IMG/VR virus record: IMGVR_UViG_3300009095_000037
Span: 1-35,679 of that record
Strand: one strand, 5' to 3'
Length of the DNA stretch: 35,679 bases
Source: a virus
Lineage: Duplodnaviria; Caudoviricetes
In this document: positions 1-9,883 of the stretch, piece by piece
Layout of the letters: every line of letters starts with the position of its first letter
Numbering within the stretch: the stretch's first letter is position 1
The notes under the pieces: generated by a model
What the model was told of the DNA's origin: nothing
The model's database searches: none
The model's input: only the letters and a program-made list of their open reading frames with translations
Position numbers and translations under genes: made by a program

Positions 1-3000
1 ACCGAGCCGGGCGACATCGTCGTCGGCATGCTCGGCGTGATCGGTACCGAACACGAAGGGGACCCAGACCCGCAATCGGATCAGACGGTCGCGCTCGCCA
101 ACTTCCGCCACAATTTTCACGCGATCTCGATCTCGTGGAAGCCGGCGAGCGAGGGTTCGACAACCGTATTCTATGGATCTGGCGATCCGGATGAGCCATT
201 CCCCGGCGTCTCGCTCGCGGCGATCGCCTTGCGTCCCAGGTCAGGGACGCCCATCGAGGTCACGCGCGCGATGGTGCTGGAGGCGCTCGCCGGCCTTGCG
301 ACGGAGCGCGCGATGCCCGTCGAAGTGCTCGCCCGTCTCGAGCTCGAGAGGTCGGCGCCGTTCGAGGCCCTCGCGGGGAAGATCGGAGGCGCCGGTACCG
401 GAGCTGCCGCAGCCACTATCGGAGAAGGCGCTGGGGCTGTTCTTGCGGAGGCGGAGGGCGCCGGCGCTATTGGAGCCGCTACGGGTACAGGCGGAAGTTC
501 TGTACAAGTAACAGCCGCAGGTAAAGCTGCTTCTAGTGTAGATGCCATCGGTACCGGTTCGGTACCGATTGTTGGTATTGGTGCCGCTACCGCTAGCATT
601 GATACGACTGGCGCCGGGTCAACAATCGTATCAGGTGTGGGGGTAGCCGCTACAGCCGCGGCTATCGGTGAAGGGGTAGGACAAGCAGGTTCTCTTGTTA
701 TTGGTGTTGGTACAGGTGGGGTCGCTTCAGCATTCGGTGAAGGCTCTGGTTCAGCACAGGTAACGGCAGCAAGCGCTACTGAGCTCCCAGCAGGTGTTGG
801 TGAAGGTTCTGGTTCCGTCCAAGTGACCGGAGCTGGCGTTGCCGGTTTGGGCAGCGTTTCATCAGGGGCTGGGCAGACAATAATTTCAGGAGCAGGCTCC
901 GCTTCTACTGCGACCATAGAAGGTATAGGCGGAGCAGTTGTGTCTGATGGCATTATTACATTAGTCGGCGCTGGCAATAGAAGCGGTACCAGCGGTGCCT
1001 CCGCCGCTTCACCAACCGTAAACATCATTGAAGGAATTCAAGCTGGTGATTTAATAATAATTAGTATTTCTGTAAAGCCGTCAAATCCAGACAGGAATCC
1101 TTTCCCGCCTGTTGTTTCCGGCTTCTCAAGAGTCGCTTATAGGTATGGGTCTAACCAGCCTGGCGATATCGGTACCGATAATGATACTGGCGGGTACGGC
1201 ACTACTACTGGCTCAGACCTTGGTAATGTCAGCGTTGCCTTTTACGCAAAAATAGCAGAGGGCGACGAACCTACTTCTATACCGTTCCCTCTTGATTTCG
1301 ATACTTTTCCAGAAGCTCCTGCTGGGGGCGTATCGTCCCACAAGCTGCTGGTTTTCAGAAAAACTTCTGGGGCTTGGTTCCTCAATGGTACTGCGGCCAA
1401 CGACAAAATTGGCGGTGATATATCTTTAGTTTTTGACAGCGATCCGGGTGTAGAGGCCGGCGATGTTGTTGTAGTAGCTGTAGCTGTAGCGTCTTTCGAT
1501 TTTGATTCAATAGGTTCCTACGCGTTATCACAAAATGGAGTAACGTTTGACACAATCACCGAGATAGACCAATTTAAGAATCCATTAGGGTGGCATATAG
1601 GCGGCTTTCTAATAACTGCACCCGTACTGGCCGGTGCTTCTTCGGGTGCGCCTACCTTAACTGCTTCTGTTACTGGTACCTCCACTGACGTAAGGGGCCC
1701 AGGTCTTTTCCTTCGTATAGCTGCTAACAACGGCGGAGCTGGGTCTGGTGCTGCGCTAACCACTGCCACTGGTGCCGGCTCGGTTCTTGTACAAGCGGAT
1801 GGTGCTGGGCAGTCCTCGCAAATAGGTACCTCTAGCGGACAGGTAACTGTCAGCGGCGGAGGTGGGGGCGCAGCCTCGTTCACTTCTGTTGGTTTAGCGT
1901 TCGTTAACCCAGCTATTGGCAGGGGCGGTGGGGCCTCAGATGCTTTTGCTGGAGTCGGGGCGGCAGCCACTATTACTTCCGGCGCTGGTAAAGGTGAGGC
2001 AGCATTTCAGGCTTTGGGAGGAGCTGAGCTTCTTGGTCATCCTTCGCTCGCTCCCAGTTTAGGCGGCTTCGGTTATGGTTGGGGGGCAGTCCCTTGGGGA
2101 TTCAGTTTCTTCGCGGCCACTGAGGCGCCGCCGCCACCAGACGAATTTGATATTTTCTGCTTCTTCGCCTCCTCTATGGTCAATGTTTTGGTGTCCTCGG
2201 ACGCCAATGTCATCGATGCGGGAGGTCAGTTCTCACCCGGACAGCTAGGCGATCTTGTGGTGGGGAGCGGTGGTGGCAGCTACTCGACCGCCAACGCCAT
2301 CCTTGAAATCAACACCAGCGTCCCCGAGTCCTGGACGCTTCAATTTGCTGTAAAAGCAGTGTCGCTGCCCAACGACTTCAGTTCGTTGGTCAGCAACCAT
2401 GTTTTCGTTGGCACCACTGATGGGGCAGGCGCCTGTGCTGGCGTTTTCATTTCTAAAGTCGGGGTGGTGTACACCGGCGGCGTCAGCCACAGCGTCTCTG
2501 GGGACCTGCAAATAGACGGTCCACTGGCACTGCTGCCCGATAGCATTAACTACGTACAGACCGACGACTACGTTGTTTTCAGAATAGCTGCTGATTACCA
2601 GGCTGGTGTTGTTTACATTTACATAACGGCCGCCTCTGACATTCCTTTTATGGGGCAACAGCTGCGTTATGTTATGCCCGTTATAAAAGCTGAGGACCTA
2701 GCGAACCCTCCTTTCGATAGGACTTTAATAAGTGTTCGTGGCTCCATAGTTGACGCTTCCGTTGTTAACTTCGATCAGCTTTGCCTGGCTGATGGGCTGC
2801 TCATCCCTAACCTGGCGCCGGTAGCTGACGCCGGCCGCGACCAAGCAGCGAGGCTGTGCTCCCTCGTCAGGCTTGATGGGTCTGGAAGCGCAGACCCTGA
2901 GGGGCAGCCGCTCTTTTACTCTTGGCGCCTCGTAGACGCCCCGCTGACGAGCTCCTTCGCCTTTGCTGGGTACGATGGGGCGACCGTCCCCACTGCGCCG

Positions 3001-5958
3001 CCTACGGGGCTCGCTGAGAAGTTTTATTCGGTGGAGGCGGCAGCAGCCCACGCCCAAGACCCGTTTGAGAACGGTGACGTCCTACTCGTGGACGAGCAGC
3101 CCTACTCCATAACCGGTACGGGGGTAGATGGTACGGGGTTCCACTTCATACTGACCAGCCCCATTCTGCCTGACAATCTTTCCTCTAAATCGTTTAAATT
3201 GCTTAGGCAGCGCAGCATCTCTGGAAAGACGACTGCAAAACCGACATTCTTTCCGGACATCCCCGGTATCTACAAGTTCGATCTGATCGTAAGCGATGGT
3301 TTAGCGCTGAGCCCGCTTAGTACGACCATCGTCAACGTTCTAGAATCGCCGATCCCTAGGGGCTGCGCGCCCGACCTATCCTTCATCTGGAGCTACCTGT
3401 CTGACTTCTGGGGACTGGTAGAGGACCGGGAAAGACTAGGCGTATTTTTCGAATCGATGGCGCAGGTCGCGGCCAGCGAGCTTCTCACTCTATGGCAAAT
3501 CGATTATTCAAAGAGCCTGCGAGACGTTCAGCGTACCATTCAGCGCCGCTGGCTACACTACGACCTGCTGCTGGCAGAGCCATTACCTGAGCTGACCAGG
3601 ATTCGACAAATTCGCGGTGGGGTGGAGAGCGTCTTCTTCCCAGGCGGGCAGCTCGCCGGCATTGCCGGTACCAAACTGGTTGTATCGTCGCCAGCTCTAG
3701 AAAAAGACCTGACCGTTGTCTTCGCAAGCCCCAACCCCTATACCGCGCAACAATTTAGCGAAGAACTGAACAGACGTATTTCATTCCTGGACGCCAGGTT
3801 CAGAACGCAGCTGATCCAAGGGCATGCCTCTGGCGACATCGTTCGTTTGGACGCATCTATCCCCTTCACGATTTCTTCTGAAACTACCTGCCCGGTATTC
3901 GTGAACGGTAGCTCTAACCAGCATCTGCATGGCGCTGGCATACGAGTTGGGACGCGGTCTTACAAGGTAGATAGAAGCCTCGTCGGTTTGGGTCTGAAAG
4001 AAGGCGATGTTATTACTATTGATGGGGAAGGGTACTCAATTCTTCGTATAGCCGACGACCCCGCTGACGAGTATCGATTCCAACGGGTACTTGTTAAGCG
4101 TGACGTGCCGCTACTGCTGGGCAGCACCTGGAGCATTTCAGCTTATGTCGATAGCCGTCTGCTTAATTTCTATGCGGGCCTGGTCACGGAGGGGGACATC
4201 GCAACGTTCGAAGTTACCGAGGTCAATGCCCGCTCTTCGCAATTGTTGCCAGCGCCAGTGAAGGGCGTGCCTTCGTCCGCACCCAGTCGGCTCGCAGTAG
4301 ATTTAGACGCCATCGACGTCTACGTATCCCAACCTGAGCGGTACACGGTCCGCCTGGCCAAAGTCAATCGAAAAAATTACGTGCCAGTCGATGCTTTGGT
4401 CGTTGATGTTCCTTGCCTTCAAGAGTTTATTAAGCCGGCGTCTGACGCCGAGGTTTTACGGCGTAACGTAGACTATTACATTGATACGTTCAGAGGCCAA
4501 CCCTGCATCAAATTCGTATCCGAGGCAGGTGGCCCTGATGTGTGGGAAGGCAACCTGCCGCCAGACCGGCTTTGGGCTGAGACTACATACATCGACAATA
4601 GCCTAGCTATAGAAGCCAATTTTGGTACACCAGTTGAGTTCACGCTGGAGGATGCGGCTCAGGTCAGCCACAACTTCGATTATCTGTCGGCGGTCAAGGG
4701 TCTTTGGTACGCCTACTTGAACGGGCCTACCATCAGTAACCTGCGTATCGGCACTCAAATACTTTTGGGCCTACCCTTCGCAGAAGAAGCTGGCGTCATA
4801 GAAGAGATACGTCACGAATTTTCCCCGTCTCAGGGTAGGATTCTGATCAGAGACAAGGCCAGCTCTGCTGTCGTTCGTTCTTATAGTTATCCGCGAACGC
4901 TTTCTCTAGAGACAAATCCAGAGACTGGGCGGCCTTACCAGGTAGGGGACGAGGTCTCTCAGTTCGCCCCGCTCGTTCGTGGTGCGGAGGTTTTGGATTG
5001 GGTGAACACTCCAGATTGGTTTGAGGGGTATCTCAATCAGGGGTCGTTCTTAGAAATCGAAAAGTTTTTTAAGTTCCTGGTTAGAATAGACAGCGAAGCG
5101 TTTAGTCTTACCGCCTTGTCGTTCGTTCAAAGCTTAATCTTAAGAATAAAGCCAACCATAACCTATCCGCTATTTGTTATTCGGCAGGCTGTAGCCGCGG
5201 CTGAGGTAAGCGTAGACGACCAGGTCTCCATACAGGGTACTCTCTACCTTTTTGATGGTGGGTGCACCGACTTCGTTAAGCAGGGCACCGGCTCTACGAT
5301 GTTCGACGACCCCAACCCTTCCGGTGGCGGTTGGTTTAATCAGTTCGATGGCAATAATGATCCGCACGACGCGCCAGTTGTAGATCAGTACCCCGTTCCA
5401 CAACCAGTGTCCTGGGGTTTTGACAAAAATTATTTGTGCCCGGAGGATTCGATAACGGGTTGGATACTGGCGGAACACCTGGGTGGCGTTCCTGAGGACG
5501 CGAACCCGCCCATCAACGCTAACTTCGACAACGGCGCCCACCCGGTCTTTGTTGGCGAGGACACCAACGTAACAGCACTGAGCACTACTCAGACGATTTT
5601 TCATTCTACTGTCAGCAGCTCCGTTGCCGGGGTCATAGAAGCTGTGTGGCTAGTTATTCATGGCGACCCGGGCGGAGACCCAACGGATTACGAGCTTTGC
5701 CTCAACGTTAACGGAGTCACGGCAGAGGTAATTCCGTTCAACGTCACCGATACTGGTATAGTTGCGCTACTGCCCACCTCTGGTCTTACCTCGGTGGTAG
5801 CAACCCAGCCTTTTTCTGTAGGCATAAGGACTACTTCTGGCTCCAGAAACCCCAACTGGGCGTCAGTTTATGTGATGGCGGTTTTGGAGTCGGTGCCGTT
5901 CACTTACGACCAGTCCATGCCTAGTGCTATTTACGCTGTGCCTTTTACCTTCCAGTGA
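1..5958 (+). CDS. Giant mosaic virion protein (tail fibre-like N-terminus, PKD/Ig-like domain, putative baseplate-like C-terminus), 5'-truncated
   Basis: The frame is open from position 1 (TEPGDIVVG before the listed Met at 28). It has Gly/Ala/Ser/Thr-rich repeats, repeated beta-rich modules starting xxGD-hydrophobic, and the PKD-like motif APVADAGRDQ...LDGSGSADPEG...YSW. It is followed by tail-like genes. Confidence 0.7.
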   Translation, partial: TEPGDIVVGMLGVIGTEHEGDPDPQSDQTVALANFRHNFHAISISWKPASEGSTTVFYGSGDPDEPFPGVSLAAIALRPRSGTPIEVTRAMVLEALAGLATERAMPVEVLARLELERSAPFEALAGKIGGAGTGAAAATIGEGAGAVLAEAEGAGAIGAATGTGGSSVQVTAAGKAASSVDAIGTGSVPIVGIGAATASIDTTGAGSTIVSGVGVAATAAAIGEGVGQAGSLVIGVGTGGVASAFGEGSGSAQVTAASATELPAGVGEGSGSVQVTGAGVAGLGSVSSGAGQTIISGAGSASTATIEGIGGAVVSDGIITLVGAGNRSGTSGASAASPTVNIIEGIQAGDLIIISISVKPSNPDRNPFPPVVSGFSRVAYRYGSNQPGDIGTDNDTGGYGTTTGSDLGNVSVAFYAKIAEGDEPTSIPFPLDFDTFPEAPAGGVSSHKLLVFRKTSGAWFLNGTAANDKIGGDISLVFDSDPGVEAGDVVVVAVAVASFDFDSIGSYALSQNGVTFDTITEIDQFKNPLGWHIGGFLITAPVLAGASSGAPTLTASVTGTSTDVRGPGLFLRIAANNGGAGSGAALTTATGAGSVLVQADGAGQSSQIGTSSGQVTVSGGGGGAASFTSVGLAFVNPAIGRGGGASDAFAGVGAAATITSGAGKGEAAFQALGGAELLGHPSLAPSLGGFGYGWGAVPWGFSFFAATEAPPPPDEFDIFCFFASSMVNVLVSSDANVIDAGGQFSPGQLGDLVVGSGGGSYSTANAILEINTSVPESWTLQFAVKAVSLPNDFSSLVSNHVFVGTTDGAGACAGVFISKVGVVYTGGVSHSVSGDLQIDGPLALLPDSINYVQTDDYVVFRIAADYQAGVVYIYITAASDIPFMGQQLRYVMPVIKAEDLANPPFDRTLISVRGSIVDASVVNFDQLCLADGLLIPNLAPVADAGRDQAARLCSLVRLDGSGSADPEGQPLFYSWRLVDAPLTSSFAFAGYDGATVPTAPPTGLAEKFYSVEAAAAHAQDPFENGDVLLVDEQPYSITGTGVDGTGFHFILTSPILPDNLSSKSFKLLRQRSISGKTTAKPTFFPDIPGIYKFDLIVSDGLALSPLSTTIVNVLESPIPRGCAPDLSFIWSYLSDFWGLVEDRERLGVFFESMAQVAASELLTLWQIDYSKSLRDVQRTIQRRWLHYDLLLAEPLPELTRIRQIRGGVESVFFPGGQLAGIAGTKLVVSSPALEKDLTVVFASPNPYTAQQFSEELNRRISFLDARFRTQLIQGHASGDIVRLDASIPFTISSETTCPVFVNGSSNQHLHGAGIRVGTRSYKVDRSLVGLGLKEGDVITIDGEGYSILRIADDPADEYRFQRVLVKRDVPLLLGSTWSISAYVDSRLLNFYAGLVTEGDIATFEVTEVNARSSQLLPAPVKGVPSSAPSRLAVDLDAIDVYVSQPERYTVRLAKVNRKNYVPVDALVVDVPCLQEFIKPASDAEVLRRNVDYYIDTFRGQPCIKFVSEAGGPDVWEGNLPPDRLWAETTYIDNSLAIEANFGTPVEFTLEDAAQVSHNFDYLSAVKGLWYAYLNGPTISNLRIGTQILLGLPFAEEAGVIEEIRHEFSPSQGRILIRDKASSAVVRSYSYPRTLSLETNPETGRPYQVGDEVSQFAPLVRGAEVLDWVNTPDWFEGYLNQGSFLEIEKFFKFLVRIDSEAFSLTALSFVQSLILRIKPTITYPLFVIRQAVAAAEVSVDDQVSIQGTLYLFDGGCTDFVKQGTGSTMFDDPNPSGGGWFNQFDGNNDPHDAPVVDQYPVPQPVSWGFDKNYLCPEDSITGWILAEHLGGVPEDANPPINANFDNGAHPVFVGEDTNVTALSTTQTIFHSTVSSSVAGVIEAVWLVIHGDPGGDPTDYELCLNVNGVTAEVIPFNVTDTGIVALLPTSGLTSVVATQPFSVGIRTTSGSRNPNWASVYVMAVLESVPFTYDQSMPSAIYAVPFTFQ
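265..378 (+). repeat. Three degenerate 42-nt (14-aa) coding repeats
   Basis: RAMVLEALAGLATE / RAMPVEVLARLELE / RSAPFEALAG, starting at 265, 307 and 349. Confidence 0.7.
385..945 (+). repeat. Degenerate ~21-aa Gly/Ala-rich coding repeats
   Basis: ggtgaaggctctggttcagcacaggtaac at 736 and ggtgaaggttctggttccgtccaagtgac at 799 (63-nt period). A similar tract recurs at about 1730-2030. Confidence 0.7.
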
Positions 5959-5967
5959 TGCCCCGAG

Positions 5968-5976
5968 TGCTATTAT
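5968..5976 (+). promoter_or_regulatory. Candidate extended -10 promoter (TG-c-TATTAT)
   Basis: Lies in the short intergenic gap, 12 nt before ATG 5989, followed by a GAGG Shine-Dalgarno. Confidence 0.35.
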
Positions 5977-5988
5977 TTTGAGGATTCT

Positions 5989-6615
5989 ATGCTGCGCTTA
6001 AAAGAGACAGTCGAGGTGAAGAACAACCTCAAAATAACGATCCGCAATGACCGTGGAAAGTTGGTTGGCAAACGTGAGGGTCACAATATCTGGCTCAATA
6101 TAGGTCGAGAGTACCTAGCGTCTTTAATTGCTTACTCTTCGTATACGCCGTTGGCTCCTGAGCGGAACGACCGCATCCGTTATATGGGGTTAGGCATAGG
6201 TGGTACGCGTCAGTTGCTACTTTCTCTAGCCAATTCCCCTCCGTTAGACACGGCTTACCCAGGCACTAACACGCAGACAGATCAAGATCCGACCGTGACT
6301 CAACTGGAGCGACCGGTCCGTCTTGCTGGTTCTGTTTCTGACCCGCCCTATGACCCCAGTGATGTGTGGCTGGGGCAGGTTCAGGCACCGGCGATACACA
6401 CTACGCCGACCGAGGTTACCTTCCGTCGATTGTTTTCTCAGACAGACCTGAGCTACGGGGCATATCTGTCCGTTCCCCTGTCGGAGATAGGACTGTTCAC
6501 TGCTGCGGCGGATGTAAATTCGCCTAATAATAGTCCTGTGGCCTACGACACTTTCGATTCGTTCCCCAAGACGGCGGCTTTTAGCTTCGAGGTTGTGTGG
6601 ACCGTAAGGTTCTAA
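5989..6615 (+). CDS. Putative baseplate/tail-fibre attachment protein
   Basis: 208 aa with GAGGA RBS. The pattern HN...GREYLA...MGLGIG...SEIGLF...F...K...VVWTVRF resembles phage tail-collar/baseplate proteins. Tail-gene context. Confidence 0.6.
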   Translation: MLRLKETVEVKNNLKITIRNDRGKLVGKREGHNIWLNIGREYLASLIAYSSYTPLAPERNDRIRYMGLGIGGTRQLLLSLANSPPLDTAYPGTNTQTDQDPTVTQLERPVRLAGSVSDPPYDPSDVWLGQVQAPAIHTTPTEVTFRRLFSQTDLSYGAYLSVPLSEIGLFTAAADVNSPNNSPVAYDTFDSFPKTAAFSFEVVWTVRF

Positions 6616-6625
6616 GGAGCGCAGC

Positions 6626-8725
6626 ATGGCCCCTTTTCATCGGCTTACCCCTCCTAGTTATCACGGCGGACTTCCTGCAGAGTATGACTACATAAACGAC
6701 CCGTCAGCCAATGGTGATTCTGGAGCTCCGGCACTTGCTGACGATAAAAAGGTGGGCGGGCCCAATGCCGGCACGTTCTTCGTTGCGTTCGGTGAGGATG
6801 CTAGGTCTTCGTTTGCCAATCGTGGTCTCAAGGCTCTAGCCCAGAACACAGACGCCATAGACGACATTTTGCGGCGCAGTATTGCGTTGACGGTGCGGAC
6901 CAGCAGCGTTACTTCTTCTGGCGACACCGCCGTGCTGATAACCGGCGACGTGTTCATCGGCGCCTTAGGCACGGCTAATACGCAGGATCAGAGAAACCGC
7001 CTCATCTCCATTTTGGACGCCGACGACAATGAGATAATAGACGCCGTCGGAAATACTATCAGGGCCAGCTTGATCCATGACGGTTCCAACAACAATGTCG
7101 TGGGCACGACCGCCGATGGTTTTTACACGAACCCCACGGTCACATTTACGTCGGCCATCCCTAACGGGGTGAACTACCGGGTCTATTATGGCGAGCGGTC
7201 ATCGCTTGCCGAGCTGCCTCCCGATGCGTTCACGGATATCCGCATCCGTGGGGCGCAGGAGGTGTCTGGTGGGGTTGAGAAGCAGCTTCGAGATCTGCAT
7301 GCGCCCTTGGCTGCTCAGGCCTGGGATGACCCGTGGGACGCCAGCATCAGGGCTTTGGCCAGGGCCGGTCTTAACGAGCGCTATCGGCGCAGCACCCAGG
7401 TCGTGCCTGGTAGCTACGATACGCCCGGGGACGGTGCGGTTATAGTCAGGGATGGCCGCGCCGTAGAGTTTTCCAACCCGCTGACGAATAGAAGGTTAAG
7501 TCCGTTTTCCGATCCTTGGCCAGATCCTATCCTGGCCGACCTTCGCGTATCCGGACCTGCCGATCTCACCAGTGGGGAACCCAACTTTACGGGGGTAGGT
7601 GGAGACATCGGTCTATTTCAAGAGCTGAACGCATACACTTCTGATGCCGACCTCTCCGAGTTTTACCGAGCCAGATTTTCTGGACCATTAGTTCTTGAAG
7701 CAATCCCTCGGGATATCCGTGACGATACTCTCTCTTCCGGAACTACCCTTACGAAAATATCCCCAGTCGATAATGCCATCATAAATCCAGGTAGTGTCGA
7801 TAACTCGAATGGTTGGCGTACTATTAGTTGTGCTCTCGGGCAGTATTTTAGAAATAGCAACGGCAAAACTGCCGTTCGGTTGAATTTGGACATGCTGGAG
7901 GTTCAGGATGACTCCGGCAACCCACTGGGTACTTACGTAATAGAGGATTTTATTAATGATACAACCGTAAGGGTTTTGACGTTAACGGGGGAGCGGCCAG
8001 CCCTCAGCACGGTGCGGAGGGAAGACGTTCGGATACGGTTGCTGCAGCCTACGGTCTCGATTGGCGGAGACCCGTTCATGGTGGGCTCTGATACCGCTGG
8101 TCATGCTAGAACCCTGCTCGTTACCGGCATGCCCCCGGTTTCAGAAAGTGAAGAAAACAACAGGTGCAGACCGCCTGCCCAGTTTTTTTCATCCGTGTGG
8201 GCGCAGAGTGATGGCGTAGACCCTTACACAAGCGTTAACCGCAAGAGAACGATCTGTCTTAGCTGGGGTGGCTGGGATAGTTCCGGTAACGCGACCGTTA
8301 ACGGCGAGCTGCTCGGAGATGGCGGGTTAGTTGCTTACAGAGGCCGGCAACAACTCTGCACGCAGGCCAGACGTATAACTTCTAGGACAGTGCACGTTGG
8401 CAACGCAACCATACGCTGGAACCCTCTGGTGCAAGGCTGCCACCTAGGCATAAGAGCCGGATCTACGATCACTGTTCCTAGCACGTACACTATAAATTTT
8501 GATTATCCTTTCGAGGCGTACACACCGTTAGAGGGTGACGAGCTGGTCATCACCATTGAGATCCTTAGCGAGTATAACCCTATTAATGCTGCTTTTAGTT
8601 TCCCAAGTACCTTTGTCTTTTCAGGCAACGACCACATAATTTCCAATGGTAATGCCGCCGTTTTGACCAAGTTAGTGTGTACCTTCTGGTCGTCGAGGTG
8701 GCTAGTCTCTAGAACAGATTACTAA
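6626..8725 (+). CDS. Putative tail fibre / tail-associated protein
   Basis: 699 aa with AAGGAG RBS, beta-rich and Thr/Asn/Gly-rich. The C-terminal ...W..SRTDY end resembles fibre tips. Tail-gene context. Confidence 0.55.
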   Translation: MAPFHRLTPPSYHGGLPAEYDYINDPSANGDSGAPALADDKKVGGPNAGTFFVAFGEDARSSFANRGLKALAQNTDAIDDILRRSIALTVRTSSVTSSGDTAVLITGDVFIGALGTANTQDQRNRLISILDADDNEIIDAVGNTIRASLIHDGSNNNVVGTTADGFYTNPTVTFTSAIPNGVNYRVYYGERSSLAELPPDAFTDIRIRGAQEVSGGVEKQLRDLHAPLAAQAWDDPWDASIRALARAGLNERYRRSTQVVPGSYDTPGDGAVIVRDGRAVEFSNPLTNRRLSPFSDPWPDPILADLRVSGPADLTSGEPNFTGVGGDIGLFQELNAYTSDADLSEFYRARFSGPLVLEAIPRDIRDDTLSSGTTLTKISPVDNAIINPGSVDNSNGWRTISCALGQYFRNSNGKTAVRLNLDMLEVQDDSGNPLGTYVIEDFINDTTVRVLTLTGERPALSTVRREDVRIRLLQPTVSIGGDPFMVGSDTAGHARTLLVTGMPPVSESEENNRCRPPAQFFSSVWAQSDGVDPYTSVNRKRTICLSWGGWDSSGNATVNGELLGDGGLVAYRGRQQLCTQARRITSRTVHVGNATIRWNPLVQGCHLGIRAGSTITVPSTYTINFDYPFEAYTPLEGDELVITIEILSEYNPINAAFSFPSTFVFSGNDHIISNGNAAVLTKLVCTFWSSRWLVSRTDY

Positions 8726-8740
8726 CGAAGGTGTTGCGCC

Positions 8741-9838
8741 ATGCCCGCATTTTCTTCAGATGTAATAGCGCTTAAGGGGTTGCACTCCGTATCTGATTTT
8801 CTGAGCTTTGATTTATTGGGTGATACGTCAGCTTGGGATACTGTGTATGACTACACAAATAATTTTAGATTTGCAGTAGGTACGATTCGTATTGGTGTAA
8901 ATCCCGATTTCGCCTATCCCCCCTGTATTTATACTACTCTAAGCGCGAACAGTGGTACGAGCATTATTTCGTCTATGGATGGGCTTAATTGGACGGCTGG
9001 AGGGGCAGCCACACCGGGGGTGCGTACCGCCCTGGCTTCAGATCTGTTTGGTCACTGTGGCATTTTAGATAGTAATAGCGGCACTGTCCGTTTCGCTACC
9101 GACGGGGAGACTTTTAGCACTAGTTCTAGTTTAACTACTGCCAACGACTGGGTTGGGTTGGGTTGGGCGCCGAACATTTCTGTTGAGCGTTGGATTGCTT
9201 TTGGCACTAACAAGATCAACACAGCAGTTACGGCAGGTGGGTCTTGGGCCAATAGAAGCGTGCCGACAGCGTGGTCTGGCGTTACCCCGTTAAAACTGAT
9301 TGTACCTCCTTATAATTCGACAGCTGTCGGGGTTATTCTGATCGGTGATGGGGAACTTGATACTATTGTATATAGTACCAATGGCCTCGTGTGGACGGCA
9401 GAAGACTTGGGGGGTAACTATGAGTTAGTCTCTGGGTGCTTTTCTAGGCACTACAATCGGTGGTTTCTTTTGACAAAAAAAGGCGAGGTCCTTGTGTCAG
9501 AAACCAACCAAGCTAGTTCAGACTGGACGAAAATAGCTGATTTTAGCGGTGTGGCGTCTGAAGAGCACCTAGATATTATTGCTAGTGGTCCTTGTGTTCT
9601 TATATTAACTACTTGGTTTTCACAGATCGACGGCAGCCCAGGATCTGGAAATCTCATTGCTACGGTTGACCTGAAAAATTGGTATGTAGCGAGCGCTTAC
9701 GCTGGGTTCAACCAAACATTGACTAAATTAGCTTTATTCAATGGAAGAATCCTGGCGGTCGGTCTTAATGATGATTTGCTCATTACTGCTCAAAGCAAGA
9801 TAAACCCTCACGAGCTACTGTTGGTCAGAAGACTTTAA
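8741..9838 (+). CDS. Putative beta-propeller (Asp-box/BNR-like) receptor-binding or tail protein
   Basis: Repeated S/T-x-D/N-G-x-x-W/F motifs (SMDGLNW, ATDGETF, STNGLVW, TVDLKNW). Visibly more AT-rich than its neighbours. Confidence 0.6.
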   Translation: MPAFSSDVIALKGLHSVSDFLSFDLLGDTSAWDTVYDYTNNFRFAVGTIRIGVNPDFAYPPCIYTTLSANSGTSIISSMDGLNWTAGGAATPGVRTALASDLFGHCGILDSNSGTVRFATDGETFSTSSSLTTANDWVGLGWAPNISVERWIAFGTNKINTAVTAGGSWANRSVPTAWSGVTPLKLIVPPYNSTAVGVILIGDGELDTIVYSTNGLVWTAEDLGGNYELVSGCFSRHYNRWFLLTKKGEVLVSETNQASSDWTKIADFSGVASEEHLDIIASGPCVLILTTWFSQIDGSPGSGNLIATVDLKNWYVASAYAGFNQTLTKLALFNGRILAVGLNDDLLITAQSKINPHELLLVRRL

Positions 9839-9883
9839 ACAAATAGTTCGTTTTTGGTTCCATACTGTGTACAATATATTTCT

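Noticed and set aside
171-1970. Long antisense Pro/Ala/Thr-rich ORFs (171-1028, 1518-1970)
   Set aside because: Shadows of the Gly/Ala repeats on the coding strand, with no independent RBS or motifs.
1-9838. Diversity-generating retroelement or invertible tail-fibre cassette
   Set aside because: No reverse transcriptase, invertase or near-identical template/variable repeat pair was noticed in the window.
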